Shown: positions 40,366 to 50,508 of the stretch, piece after piece | Numbering within the stretch: position 1 is the first letter of the stretch | Layout: every line of letters begins with the position of its first letter | Assembly (NCBI GenBank): GCA_043803405.1 | Contig: JAZDKB010000019.1 | Coordinates: 32,001-96,000, forward strand | Source of the DNA: Spirochaetota bacterium | Lineage (GTDB): Bacteria > Spirochaetota > UBA4802 > JAFGDQ01 | Length of the DNA: 64,000 nucleotides | Direction of reading: 5' to 3' | Notes under the pieces: generated by a model | The model's input: only the letters and a program-made list of their open reading frames with translations | Told to the model about the DNA's origin: nothing | The model's database searches: none | Program-made: the position numbers and the translations under genes

Positions 40366-40526
40366 ATCCAATCTCCCTTTACGTACCCCGCCCCCCTCCG
40401 TGAGAAGATACCGCTCCGGGTTATTGAAGCGTGTCCGTCTCTCCCGTCATTTGCAGACAAGCATCCGGTATGCGCAGAGAGGCGAGGGAAGCAGCAGTGG
40501 CGGAACAACTATTTGCATCGTTAAGC
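40366..40526 (+). repeat. attC-like repeat, copy 3
   Basis: Shared core GTGAGAAGATACCGCTCCGGGTTATTGAAGCGTGT; ends in GTTAAGC (GTTRRRY) at 40520-40526. Confidence 0.6.
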
Positions 40527-40542
40527 GGCGCCAGCCCAGGCA

Positions 40543-41463
40543 CTATCCTTTTGGTTTCCTGACATAATTGGCAGTCAGAATGCCGCATACAATCAGTGCC
40601 ATGCTGAGGATGCTGATAATTCTGAACTGCTCATCCAGAAAAAGATAAGCGGAAATACCCGTGAACACGGGAATCATGTAGTAAATCAATGCTGATTTGG
40701 ATGGACCTACAATAAGTATAGCCTTGTTCCACATAAAAAACGCCACCAGAGAGCCGAGTACACCGGAATAAAGCACTGCAAGTATCGTTGAACTGTCAAC
40801 TATTACAGCCTTGTAGCAGAAATGCTCCCAGATATAAAACGGTAAAACGTAAATTATCCCCAGTGCAAAGGTGGAGAAAAGAAAAGTATATAGGTGCATA
40901 GCAGCCGGCTTTTTTTTCACCAGCACACTGTAAAGCGCAAAGGCACATGCCGCGAAGAACATCCATACATCTCCTATGGCAAATGTGAGATTCATCAGCC
41001 TGCTGAGCGACCCGCCCGTAATGAGCAGTATTACCCCGCTAACTGCAAGAAGTATCCCAGCGACTTTCTTTAAGGTAATTGATTCGCCGAATAGTATGCG
41101 GGCAAAGAGTATTATAAATATAGGAGAAGAAATTGCTATAAGAGAGAGGTTAATGGCCGTTGTGGTGCGGCCTGCCACATACATAAGGATGTTAAATAAA
41201 GTCACGCCTATGAAAGCGGTTATAGAGAGATAAACAAAATGTTTTTTAATTAAAGCCCGGTCTGCAATAACAGGTCTTATGGCAAATGGCACAAAGACAA
41301 GTACCGCGATAAACCACCGCCAGAATGTGAGGCCGACAGGAGGAATGTGCTGGCTTAGCCCACGAGCAATGATAAAATTACCGGACCAGATAAGAGTTGC
41401 GGCTACAGCGAGAAGATAGCCTGTCATTGCGGCAGGTTGCGGTTTAAATGATGTCTCAGCCAT
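40543..41463 (-). CDS. DMT/EamA-family transporter
   Basis: About 10 TM helices, WSGNFIIAR...RW motif; start set at the ATG at 41463 behind a GGGGAGG RBS. Confidence 0.9.
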   Translation of the reverse strand: MAETSFKPQPAAMTGYLLAVAATLIWSGNFIIARGLSQHIPPVGLTFWRWFIAVLVFVPFAIRPVIADRALIKKHFVYLSITAFIGVTLFNILMYVAGRTTTAINLSLIAISSPIFIILFARILFGESITLKKVAGILLAVSGVILLITGGSLSRLMNLTFAIGDVWMFFAACAFALYSVLVKKKPAAMHLYTFLFSTFALGIIYVLPFYIWEHFCYKAVIVDSSTILAVLYSGVLGSLVAFFMWNKAILIVGPSKSALIYYMIPVFTGISAYLFLDEQFRIISILSMALIVCGILTANYVRKPKG

Positions 41464-41742
41464 TTCCAGTGAACCTCCCCGAAAAGTTATAAGCCATTTG
41501 TCCGGCAACAGCCCACTGAGATGAATATCAATGGGAATTCTTCTTAAAGTCAATCCGATTTAAATTACTTTTGCATAAAAAATAATGGGAAGGTTGGGTG
41601 GAGAGAAATAATAAAGTGAATCGATTGTAAAGTTAAGAAGACAAAGTTTAAAAAAAGTAAACCTGCGGATGCGCTAAAAAGCAACAGAACGGAATATTGA
41701 TAATTTACTTATATTTAATTTATAATTAAACAGTTATTATAC

Positions 41743-41786
41743 TTGACAAATTTATGACCGGTGGTCATAAATTTGACTTACGGTCA
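41743..41786 (+). promoter_or_regulatory. Sigma70 -35 (TTGACA) overlapped by a palindromic TetR-type operator pair
   Basis: CAAATTTATGACC-GGT-GGTCATAAATTTG (41747-41775) plus second site TGACTTACGGTCA (41774-41786). Confidence 0.7.
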
Positions 41787-41818
41787 GTGTGTTAAGAATT
41801 TTTTTGGGGTTTCATGCA

Positions 41819-42514
41819 TTGGGCATTAAAGAACGCAAAGAACGCGAAAAAGAGCAGCGCCGCGAACACATCATTAATATAAGCGAGAGGCTTTTTGTTA
41901 AAAAAGACTTTGATGCAATCACTATGGACGAAATCGCGAGGGAAGGCGAGCTGAGCAAAGGCGCATTATATCTTTCTTTTAAAAGTAAAGAAGAAATTTT
42001 TTTGAATATTATTTATAAGGCAACAGCATTGCTTTATGATATATATGTGGATGCGGTAGCAAAGTCGGATAATCCGATCTTCAAACTGCGCGGTATGGGA
42101 GAAGGTTATATCGCCTTTTATGATAAATATCCTGAATATTTTAAACTGCTGAATAAGATTCATAATCATAAAATAAATTATTCAAAGCCCAAAGCCGGGA
42201 CAAAAGAGATCGGAAAAAAAATCATCGGTAAAACCAGTGATATCTGGAAGCTATCACAGACTATTATAGAAGATGGTATAAAAAAAGGAATTTTTAAAAA
42301 ACAGACCGATCCACAGGAAATCGCGGTAAGCCTGTGGGCAATGTCAACAATGTTCATCGGTTTACTGGACCATTTAAAGAGTTATGATCATTCACATATT
42401 AAGGATATCCCGTTTAATAAACTGGATATTAAAAAACTTTTAATAATAAACGGCAGGCGGATAATATTTTCGATATTAAAGAATCCGCCTAAAGATATTG
42501 AATCATTAAAATGA
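41819..42514 (+). CDS. TetR/AcrR-family transcriptional regulator
   Basis: TMDEIAREGELSKGALYLSFKSKEE HTH; probable TTG start giving MGIKERKEREK. Confidence 0.9.
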   Translation: MGIKERKEREKEQRREHIINISERLFVKKDFDAITMDEIAREGELSKGALYLSFKSKEEIFLNIIYKATALLYDIYVDAVAKSDNPIFKLRGMGEGYIAFYDKYPEYFKLLNKIHNHKINYSKPKAGTKEIGKKIIGKTSDIWKLSQTIIEDGIKKGIFKKQTDPQEIAVSLWAMSTMFIGLLDHLKSYDHSHIKDIPFNKLDIKKLLIINGRRIIFSILKNPPKDIESLK

Positions 42515-42559
42515 GTTTTAACATTTTATGCTGAAAAAAAATAATTACCGGAGAATACA

Positions 42560-43234
42560 ATGAATATAATAGAAATAAAAGGTTTAATAAAGGATTATCC
42601 CCTTGGGGAAACGACAGTACATGCGTTAAGGGGAGTGGATCTTAAAATACGCGAAGGCGAGTTTATGAGCATTGTTGGGCCATCGGGAAGCGGCAAGACA
42701 ACTCTGCTTAACGTGATCGGGTGCATAGACTTCGCGACCGAGGGAAGCGTTAAAGTACATGGTACCGAGATTACTGCTTTAAGCGACCGTGAAGTAACGG
42801 ATCTCCGGCTTAATAAAATCGGGTTCATTTTCCAGACATTTAATCTTATTCCTGTGCTGAATGTAACAGAAAACGTGGAGTTCCCGCTTCTGCTGATGAA
42901 GAATCAGTCAAAGGCAGAAGTTACAAAGAGAGCGGAAAAGCTCATAAACGAGGTTGGCTTAAGCGAGTACGCGGTGCACCGTCCCGCGGAGCTTTCGGGC
43001 GGCCAGCGCCAGCGCGTCGCCATTGCACGCGCGCTCGTGACTAATCCCGACATTGTGCTTGCGGACGAACCTACAGCAAACCTGGACTCTGTTACAGGCG
43101 CGCAGATACTGGAGCTTATGAAAAAGATGAACAAGATCGAAAAGACAACATTTATTTTTTCAACTCACGATGAGCATGTATTAAAGTACGCCAAAAATAT
43201 TGTAAAAATAAAAGACGGATTACTTGAGGGCTAA
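42560..43234 (+). CDS. ABC transporter ATP-binding protein (LolD/MacB-like)
   Basis: GPSGSGKT, LSGGQRQRVAIARAL, LADEPTANLD. Confidence 0.95.
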   Translation: MNIIEIKGLIKDYPLGETTVHALRGVDLKIREGEFMSIVGPSGSGKTTLLNVIGCIDFATEGSVKVHGTEITALSDREVTDLRLNKIGFIFQTFNLIPVLNVTENVEFPLLLMKNQSKAEVTKRAEKLINEVGLSEYAVHRPAELSGGQRQRVAIARALVTNPDIVLADEPTANLDSVTGAQILELMKKMNKIEKTTFIFSTHDEHVLKYAKNIVKIKDGLLEG

Positions 43235-43238
43235 CCCG

Positions 43239-44768
43239 ATGGGACTAATATTAAAAATCGCGTGGAGAAACATAAAAAGGCACAGAGGCAAAAGCCTGAT
43301 AATTGGCGTAATACTTTTCCTGGGTGCTCTGTTGATGACCCTCGGCAACGGCGTTATTTCCGGTATGAACAAAGGGCTGGAATCCAACATTATAAACGGA
43401 TTCATGGGCGACATAGCAATTATTTCCGGTAAAGAGAAATCGGATAATATTTTATTTAAACTATATGGTGAATCCATTAATACAATTCCCGATTACAAAG
43501 CAATTAAGAATGTACTGGGCCAAGAGAAGTACATTGAATCTTTTTTGCCTGTAGGGAAAAATGTTGTTATGGTGCTTAACGAGGATGAGGGCGATCCGTG
43601 GTATATATATCTCCTGGGAGTTGACTTCAAAGAATATAAAAAAATGTTTAAGGATAATATTCTTCCCATTGAAGGGAGACTTCTGAATTATGATGAGCCG
43701 GGAATATTGATACCTGTTAAGATGCGTGATGAGTTGTATTACCGCATGAATATATGGATGATTCCGGAAAAGATTAAACTCTCGGAAAAAAATCTTTCAG
43801 AAGAAGCGAAGCCGTACAAGAACGAATTGTCGGTTAAACACGACGCTGTGTTTATGGGACTTAAAGACGACTCGTCTGCTTCGGATATCCGCCTTGGCAT
43901 TAAAGGCGTTATTAAATACCGCGCGCTCAACACTTTCTGGGGGCATTTCAGCATAGTCGATATTGAATCGTACAGGAATGCTATGGGATACTTCTCTGCG
44001 TCCGAAGTTACAGTTAAAATCCCAAAAGCCAAAGAGAAGCTTCTTGCGGCAGAGACGGAAAATCTTGATGCAATGTTCGGCAGGGATTCTTTTTTAGTAA
44101 CAGATACAGGGTCGTCCGATGCCGGTAAAATCGACTTTAAGAAAAAAGCGCTTACTACCAAGGCCGGGATTGACCTCGAAAGCGGGGCATATAACTGCGT
44201 ATTCATAAAACTGAAAGACAGCGGGACGCTGGACAAATCGGTTGATTCTATTAACGCAAAATTCAAGCAGGCAGGCATTGATGTACGCGCAGTAACATGG
44301 AAAAAGGCATCCGGATTTATCGGCAACATGGCAGTGATAATCAAAGGAGCGCTGTTCATATTTGTCATGATGCTTTTTCTGGTGGCAATAGTCATTATTG
44401 TTAATACTCTCACTATGGCTGCTGTGGAGCGCACAACAGAAATAGGCATGATGCGCGCAGTTGGAGCGCGCAAGAGTTTCATAAGCGGGATGTTCATAGG
44501 CGAAACCGCGATATTGTCCGGGATTTTCGGCGGGGCAGGCGTTGTTATTGGTATAGTTATCATTTACATTGTTCCGATGATGGGCATTACTACAGCGAAC
44601 GATCTGCTTCAGCTTTTGTACGGCGGGGATACGCTTAAACCTTATCTTTCATTCAGCGATGTATTGCTTGTTATGATGCAGCTTGTGCTTGTTACAATAT
44701 TTACGGTTATTTATCCTATTAAAGTTGCCAAAGGCATTACTCCCCTTGACGCGATCGCAAGGGAGTAA
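43239..44768 (+). CDS. FtsX-like ABC permease
   Basis: AWRNIKRH...; ERTTEIGMMRAVGA motif; start set at MGLILK. Confidence 0.9.
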   Translation: MGLILKIAWRNIKRHRGKSLIIGVILFLGALLMTLGNGVISGMNKGLESNIINGFMGDIAIISGKEKSDNILFKLYGESINTIPDYKAIKNVLGQEKYIESFLPVGKNVVMVLNEDEGDPWYIYLLGVDFKEYKKMFKDNILPIEGRLLNYDEPGILIPVKMRDELYYRMNIWMIPEKIKLSEKNLSEEAKPYKNELSVKHDAVFMGLKDDSSASDIRLGIKGVIKYRALNTFWGHFSIVDIESYRNAMGYFSASEVTVKIPKAKEKLLAAETENLDAMFGRDSFLVTDTGSSDAGKIDFKKKALTTKAGIDLESGAYNCVFIKLKDSGTLDKSVDSINAKFKQAGIDVRAVTWKKASGFIGNMAVIIKGALFIFVMMLFLVAIVIIVNTLTMAAVERTTEIGMMRAVGARKSFISGMFIGETAILSGIFGGAGVVIGIVIIYIVPMMGITTANDLLQLLYGGDTLKPYLSFSDVLLVMMQLVLVTIFTVIYPIKVAKGITPLDAIARE

Positions 44769-44783
44769 GGAGACTGACACTAT

Positions 44784-46553
44784 ATGAAATTTCTTTTAAC
44801 TATTAGTTTGCGCAACCTTCTGAGACAAAAACGCAGGAACATTTTCCTTGGATCTGCCATGGCTTTCGGCGTAATGATACTGATCATAGCGAATTCGTTC
44901 TCGCATGGTATTTCCGATATCATGTTCAACAAGATAGTAGTTTATATGACAGGCCATGTAGGGATCAATATGAACGAAGGCAGCGGAAAAAGAGTAATGA
45001 TATTCCGCGATAAAGAGCGGCTTATGGATATCATTCATAAGAATACCGATAAGGATAAAGTCGAAGGCGTTGAGGAAGCAGTGGGAGTTTTCAGCAGGGC
45101 GATCGGTAACGGTAAAGCAGACAATGTTGTTATTGTAGGCATTGATATGTCGAAGCAATATACGCCAAAGCAGTTAAAGGAATATGACGAATCGTTTCAT
45201 ATAGTGGAGGGTTCTTATGCAAATCTTAAACGTAAGGATATTGAGAACCCACTTATCCTGTCCGGGCAGAAAGCCGACTCAATGAACCTTAAGATGAACG
45301 ACCTGATACGCATCAGGTACAGGAATGTTTTCGGACAGGACCAGGCTGCCCGCGCTACTATAGTAGGAATTATATCAAACGATAATATATTTATGCAGGG
45401 CGTAATGTTTGTTGAATTGCAGAATATTAAAAAGCTGATGGGCTTTAAGGAGCATGAAAGCGGGAACGTTCACTTAAACCTGAAGGACCCGGCGCGGGAC
45501 GCTGTTGAGATCGCGGACAGGCTGCACAAAGCCATGAAGCCTGGCCGCGCGTTTATTGTCGCTGATGTAAAAGCCGCAGGAAAGGCAAAGGCGACTATTC
45601 TGCCTTTTATGGCAGACAATGATTCAAAGAAAACAATGAGGGAGTCGTTTAAACTAGCTTCCGGGAAGATGGACGATGTGCTTTCAAAGGACGGTGTAAT
45701 GATTAGCCGGAAGCTTGCCGGCGCGCTTGGCGTGCGCCCGGGGTCAAAGCTTACGGTTGCATATAAACCGAAATTCGGTCATAAAGACGCGTCGTTTTCT
45801 TTTAAAATCAACGGCATATTCAAAGATACTCCGGCTGCAGGGAACAGCACCATATACATGCATGAATCGCTGTTCTATAAGAATTATTATGAGAATATTC
45901 CGGATGTTGCAAGAGACATAGATAAGGCATTTTTACCGAAGGCTGATGTTCCGTTTTACAAAGCTCTGGGCAATGAGTGGGTGCTGCTGGACAGGACTGC
46001 GACAACAGACGACGCGAAAAAGAAGGATGCCGCAATAGCAAAGAAAAAAATAAAAGCAGCTACTGTTGACGTAAACACAATGTACGAAACAGCGAGCGAT
46101 GTACTTAAGCTTGAAGGCGCGCTTAACCTTATTACGCTTGTTGCGGTGCTGATATTGTTTTTCATAATAGTGCTCGGCGTCATAAACACGCTGCGCATGA
46201 CCATACGGGAACGCACGCGCGAGATAGGTACAATACGCGCCATAGGTATGCAGAGCAAAGACGTTGGCTCGATATTTATACTTGAAACAATATCGCTGAC
46301 GTTCATTGCTGCAATCGGCGGCGCGATTCTTTCCTTTGTTGTAATGTGGCTGTTATCTTTAATTACGTTTAATGTAAGTGATAATCCTATGGGAATGCTG
46401 CTCCTGAACCGGCATCTTCACTTTTTGCCGACATTCGGAGGAGTGCTCTTCAACATAATTCTGATAATAGTGATAGCTGCCGCAACTGCATTTTTCCCTG
46501 CAAGAAGGGCAGCGAAGATGTCGGCAGCAGAAGCACTAAGGCATTATGAATAA
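44784..46553 (+). CDS. FtsX-like ABC permease
   Basis: SLRNLLRQKRR; ERTREIGTIRAIG; PARRAAKM. Confidence 0.9.
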   Translation: MKFLLTISLRNLLRQKRRNIFLGSAMAFGVMILIIANSFSHGISDIMFNKIVVYMTGHVGINMNEGSGKRVMIFRDKERLMDIIHKNTDKDKVEGVEEAVGVFSRAIGNGKADNVVIVGIDMSKQYTPKQLKEYDESFHIVEGSYANLKRKDIENPLILSGQKADSMNLKMNDLIRIRYRNVFGQDQAARATIVGIISNDNIFMQGVMFVELQNIKKLMGFKEHESGNVHLNLKDPARDAVEIADRLHKAMKPGRAFIVADVKAAGKAKATILPFMADNDSKKTMRESFKLASGKMDDVLSKDGVMISRKLAGALGVRPGSKLTVAYKPKFGHKDASFSFKINGIFKDTPAAGNSTIYMHESLFYKNYYENIPDVARDIDKAFLPKADVPFYKALGNEWVLLDRTATTDDAKKKDAAIAKKKIKAATVDVNTMYETASDVLKLEGALNLITLVAVLILFFIIVLGVINTLRMTIRERTREIGTIRAIGMQSKDVGSIFILETISLTFIAAIGGAILSFVVMWLLSLITFNVSDNPMGMLLLNRHLHFLPTFGGVLFNIILIIVIAAATAFFPARRAAKMSAAEALRHYE

Positions 46554-46685
46554 AAATCTTTGATTTAAAATACTTTTTAATTCAAAATCATGTGGTGAAA
46601 GCACTAGCACACTGTCATATTCGATTTTAGTGGTTAATAGTGCCAAAATTGAAATACATATTTTAAAAACCTGGAGACGTAGGAC

Positions 46686-47474
46686 ATGAAACAAAAGAAA
46701 AACAAATTATTAATATCATACATATTATTTTTTATTTTTATTACGGCCGGTTCAAAAGAGATATCTGCTGCCCCGCCTGTATCCGAGCTTATGAAAAAGA
46801 TCGAATATATAATGGAGATCACGACGGATGTGCGGGCAAGGGTCGAGATAACGCAGCAGAAGGTCGACCAGGGAATGAAAAAGATAGACATGATATATTA
46901 CCGTCGCGACTCGGACGATTCGTTTCTGATAGTAATGGTTGGGCCGGAATCGGACAAGGGTAACGGCTACCTTCGGGTCGGAGAGAACTTCTGGATGTAC
47001 AGGCGCAATACAAGGACTTTCCAGCACATAAACAGGGACGAGAACATAGGCGGCACGAACGCCCGCGGCCAGGATTTCGAAAAGCGCAAGCTGACCGAGC
47101 TGTACGAGCCTGCAAAAGGCGCTGACGGCAGGGATATTTTTAAGGAAGAAATGCTGGGGCAGATACCGGTATACAAATTTGACATAAACGCGAAAGTAAA
47201 TGACGTCGATTATCCTAAAAAGACTTACTGGATCAGGAAGGATAATTTTCTTCCGTTAAAGGAGCAGTCATTTTCGCTTTCCGGCACTCTTATGCAGACC
47301 GCGTATTTCAGAAAGTATACGATAATTGACGGCCGCTATGTCTGGATCGAATCGCTCTTTATAGATGAGTTTGAAAAAGGAAACAAGAGCCTTGTGGAGA
47401 TCTCCGGAATATCGACACAGAAGCTTGAGAACCATCTTTTTACAAAACCGTATCTTGAAAATCTGAGCAAGTAA
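46686..47474 (+). CDS. Outer-membrane lipoprotein-sorting (LolA-like) protein
   Basis: Signal peptide; PESDKGNGYLR...WMY...GT; typical partner of this ABC operon type. Confidence 0.8.
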   Translation: MKQKKNKLLISYILFFIFITAGSKEISAAPPVSELMKKIEYIMEITTDVRARVEITQQKVDQGMKKIDMIYYRRDSDDSFLIVMVGPESDKGNGYLRVGENFWMYRRNTRTFQHINRDENIGGTNARGQDFEKRKLTELYEPAKGADGRDIFKEEMLGQIPVYKFDINAKVNDVDYPKKTYWIRKDNFLPLKEQSFSLSGTLMQTAYFRKYTIIDGRYVWIESLFIDEFEKGNKSLVEISGISTQKLENHLFTKPYLENLSK

Positions 47475-47483
47475 ACGGGGATA

Positions 47484-48848
47484 TTGATGAAATGTAATAT
47501 ATTGCTTTTTATTATTCTATTCTGCCTTTGCACTCCGCTTTATGGGCAGGATAAATTCGAAGCGAACGAGGATCAGTATTTTTCGAATCCGGATGCGACT
47601 GTTGAAAAAAAGAATCCCATGAATGCCGAACTCGACAAAACAGACAGTAAAAAGTCTGTCGGGATATCGGGTGAGATACTGAGCGTGTTCCCTTATACGG
47701 TTACGCGGGATTATGTGTTTAAGAATAATGATGAAAATAACTCGCTCGATCCGTATATGTACGGAAACCTCGCGTTCGACGCAAGGCTCACCGGCAATTA
47801 CAAGGGATTCGCAAACCTTGATCTTGAATATCATCCGGATACTAAAACAACAGATGCGGATGTGCGCGAGATATTTGTGGATTTCAATTATGTAAAAAGC
47901 GTTTACTTTAGGGCAGGCAAGCAGGTGCTTAAATGGGGGCGTTGTTATTTGTGGAATCCGACGGATGTCATTAACATCGAGAAGTCAGCCTTTATAGACC
48001 GCGTGCGCGCCCAGGAAGGAACCTACGGTTTAAAAATGACCATCCCTTTCGGCACCTCGGTAAATATTTACGGCTTTGCTGATATGAATAATAGCGAAAA
48101 CGGCGACAATGTAGGCGGAGCAGGCAAGCTGGAGTTCCTTATCGGCAATTCGGAAATGGCTTTTTCGGCATGGGCGAAGAAGGGATATCATCCTGTGGCA
48201 GGTTACGATTTTTCTACCAGGATATTCGGCTGGGACCTTGTGGGAGAGGCTACGGGTTCGTATGGCAGCAATACACGCAAGATAAGAGTCGTGGATGGCG
48301 GTATATACGGACCAACATTGGAGACATACAGAGAAGAAGATAAATTTATTCCAAAGGCTGCAATAGATTTCGGCAGGGAGTTCGACGGCCGCGATATTTC
48401 GAAAAGATATTCGCTTAAGTTCGAGTTCTTCTATAACGGAGCAGGCTATGCGGATGATAGTTTTTTAAGGGATACATCTGAGTATATATTTGATAAGCCG
48501 GTAACAATTGAAGATACGGAAGGAGTTAAACATATAATTCCCGGCGGCACAAAGGCGGCCTACCTGGCAGGAAGCGGCACATATGAACCGAATTATTTTT
48601 CCAGATATTATGCAGCGATATTCACAAGTGTAAAACAAATATTTGTGAGCGAACTCACATTAAACATCAATGGCATTATGAATATCTCCGATTATTCTTT
48701 TATACTATCAACCGGTCTGTCTTATCAGAATATAAATGATTTCAAAGCCGGGCTTACAGTGTATACATTTATAGGCAAAGAAAACCGGGAATACACGTTC
48801 TCCGGAAATGCTGCGAGCATTCTGCTTACGGCAGGCATTATTTTTTAA
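47484..48848 (+). CDS. Probable outer-membrane beta-barrel protein
   Basis: Signal peptide; RAGKQVLKWG...WNPTD motif; C-terminal Phe. Confidence 0.7.
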   Translation: MMKCNILLFIILFCLCTPLYGQDKFEANEDQYFSNPDATVEKKNPMNAELDKTDSKKSVGISGEILSVFPYTVTRDYVFKNNDENNSLDPYMYGNLAFDARLTGNYKGFANLDLEYHPDTKTTDADVREIFVDFNYVKSVYFRAGKQVLKWGRCYLWNPTDVINIEKSAFIDRVRAQEGTYGLKMTIPFGTSVNIYGFADMNNSENGDNVGGAGKLEFLIGNSEMAFSAWAKKGYHPVAGYDFSTRIFGWDLVGEATGSYGSNTRKIRVVDGGIYGPTLETYREEDKFIPKAAIDFGREFDGRDISKRYSLKFEFFYNGAGYADDSFLRDTSEYIFDKPVTIEDTEGVKHIIPGGTKAAYLAGSGTYEPNYFSRYYAAIFTSVKQIFVSELTLNINGIMNISDYSFILSTGLSYQNINDFKAGLTVYTFIGKENREYTFSGNAASILLTAGIIF

Positions 48849-48953
48849 TATATTTTTAATTTTTAATTATAAAAAACAAATAAAATATTGACAAATAACC
48901 AAAATTTTGAAATAGTATACTAAATCAGCAGCGTTAAACTATTTTAATGAATA

Positions 48954-49259
48954 ATGCCAATGGATAATGTTAAAGCAATAATACTGGTCTTTTTTGTTAT
49001 TTCTTTTTTCTTTTTTATCATAGCTTTGGCCACAATTGCCTTTCTTCAGAAAAAAAATAAAACTGTGTCTGAGAGAGTATCAAGCGACAGAAGAATGTCG
49101 GATAGAAGGCAGGGAGAACGAAGGTCCGAGAGAATCGAAGCAGGGAGAAGGGCCAGCGATCGCCGGGCACTTGAAAGAAGGATCAAGGAAGGAACTATCT
49201 TTGACAGAAGAAATATACTGGAAGGTTTAACCGCGAATCTTTCCAGGGCAACTGGTTAA
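48954..49259 (+). CDS. Small membrane protein with [D/E]RR repeats
   Basis: One TM helix followed by SDRRMSDRRQGERR...DRR..ERR...DRR. Confidence 0.6.
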   Translation: MPMDNVKAIILVFFVISFFFFIIALATIAFLQKKNKTVSERVSSDRRMSDRRQGERRSERIEAGRRASDRRALERRIKEGTIFDRRNILEGLTANLSRATG

Positions 49260-49263
49260 TATT

Positions 49264-50502
49264 TCAGAATATAACTCCTGTTGCTTTATCAATATCCCGC
49301 AATATTTTTTCAAGAGTATTAATACTTTTTAAACTTAATCCGCGTTTATCTTTTATCATATTTAACTTTTTTAGTTTTAAAAACACACCGTCAATTGCCG
49401 CGTTAAAATCAAGATCGTTATCCATATTATTTTTAAATTCGGTTTTTATCATGTCTATCAATTCTGATGATTCAGTGTCAATTCCTCGGATAATATTAAT
49501 TTTTTTCAGAATATTCTGAATTAGTGATCTTATGGAATCGATATACGCGCTTGTTAAATTAAACTTTTCCCATGTAAAATATGATTTTTTTCTGTAATGC
49601 CTGTAAAGAAGGAAAAATCGTAAATGATATGGGCTGTATTTTTTTCTGAATACATCATCCGGGTAAATGATGTTTCCCCTGCTTTTTGACATGGATTTGC
49701 CGTTTACAATAAGATGCTCGCCGTGAAGATAATAATTCGCGTAATCACTTCCGGATATCGATTCAATGATCGCAATAGTATAATCATGATGCCTGTAAAT
49801 ATTGTCTATTCCGCCGCAATTGATGTCGATTTTATATCCCAGATCTTTTGTAATTACTGCGGGGTCCTGAATATTCCACGACGGCCATCCTCTTCCGATT
49901 TCTGTATCCCAGGCAGCCATGTCTCCCTCATTGTATCCATGCCATAAAATAAAATCACCCAGATTCCAGCGCCTTCCGTTGTATGTGTCTTTTTTAAACC
50001 GCCTTTTTTGTTTGGGCCAGCGGCTCATGTCCAGTCTGAAAAGTTTGCCGAAATCCCTGAATTTGAGCGCGTCGAAGAATATATCTCCTTTATGTCTGTA
50101 GGCGATGCCTTTTTCCATAAGCAGTTTTATCAGAACCGCAGCCTGTTTAATTGCGGTAGAAGATCGCGGGACAGGATCAGGCAGTTTTATTTTCAGCAGT
50201 TTTGCTTCCATTAAAAATTTTTCGGCCGCCTTATCCGTCAGATCGCTGACAGTTTTTTTGTTTTTTGCAGCTTCGCTTATGGATTTATTTTCTACATCCG
50301 TCAGAATTATCGAACGCTTAACTTTATATCCGCTATATTCCAGGTATCTCAGCAAAAGGTCTTCGTAAAGGAAAGTCCTGTAATTCCCGATATGCGGCTG
50401 CTGATAAATTGAAGGGCCGCATGAGAATATTTTAACAATTTTTGGATCCATTGGTTTAAAGATTTCAATGGATCTGGTCATTGAATTGAATAATCTTAGC
50501 AT
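49264..50502 (-). CDS. Cysteinyl-tRNA synthetase-like class I ligase (divergent paralogue)
   Basis: CGPS..HIGN and SMSKS present, but GWHIEC is replaced by SWNIQD and HHENE by HHDYT; 412 aa, C-terminally short. Confidence 0.8.
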   Translation of the reverse strand: MLRLFNSMTRSIEIFKPMDPKIVKIFSCGPSIYQQPHIGNYRTFLYEDLLLRYLEYSGYKVKRSIILTDVENKSISEAAKNKKTVSDLTDKAAEKFLMEAKLLKIKLPDPVPRSSTAIKQAAVLIKLLMEKGIAYRHKGDIFFDALKFRDFGKLFRLDMSRWPKQKRRFKKDTYNGRRWNLGDFILWHGYNEGDMAAWDTEIGRGWPSWNIQDPAVITKDLGYKIDINCGGIDNIYRHHDYTIAIIESISGSDYANYYLHGEHLIVNGKSMSKSRGNIIYPDDVFRKKYSPYHLRFFLLYRHYRKKSYFTWEKFNLTSAYIDSIRSLIQNILKKINIIRGIDTESSELIDMIKTEFKNNMDNDLDFNAAIDGVFLKLKKLNMIKDKRGLSLKSINTLEKILRDIDKATGVIF

Positions 50503-50508
50503 GGGGTA

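Noticed and set aside
40315..40524. 69-aa ORF after the toxin
   Set aside because: It lies almost entirely within the attC-like repeat and is probably spurious.
38862..40526. CRISPR array
   Set aside because: The repeats are long, degenerate and separated by whole genes; no cas genes are visible.
43739..44563. 274-aa minus-strand ORF and the many other antisense ORFs in the track
   Set aside because: They are shadows of well-supported genes on the opposite strand and have no motifs of their own.
49264..50502. Annotating as canonical cysS
   Set aside because: Two zinc-ligand motifs are altered and the C-terminal domain is short.
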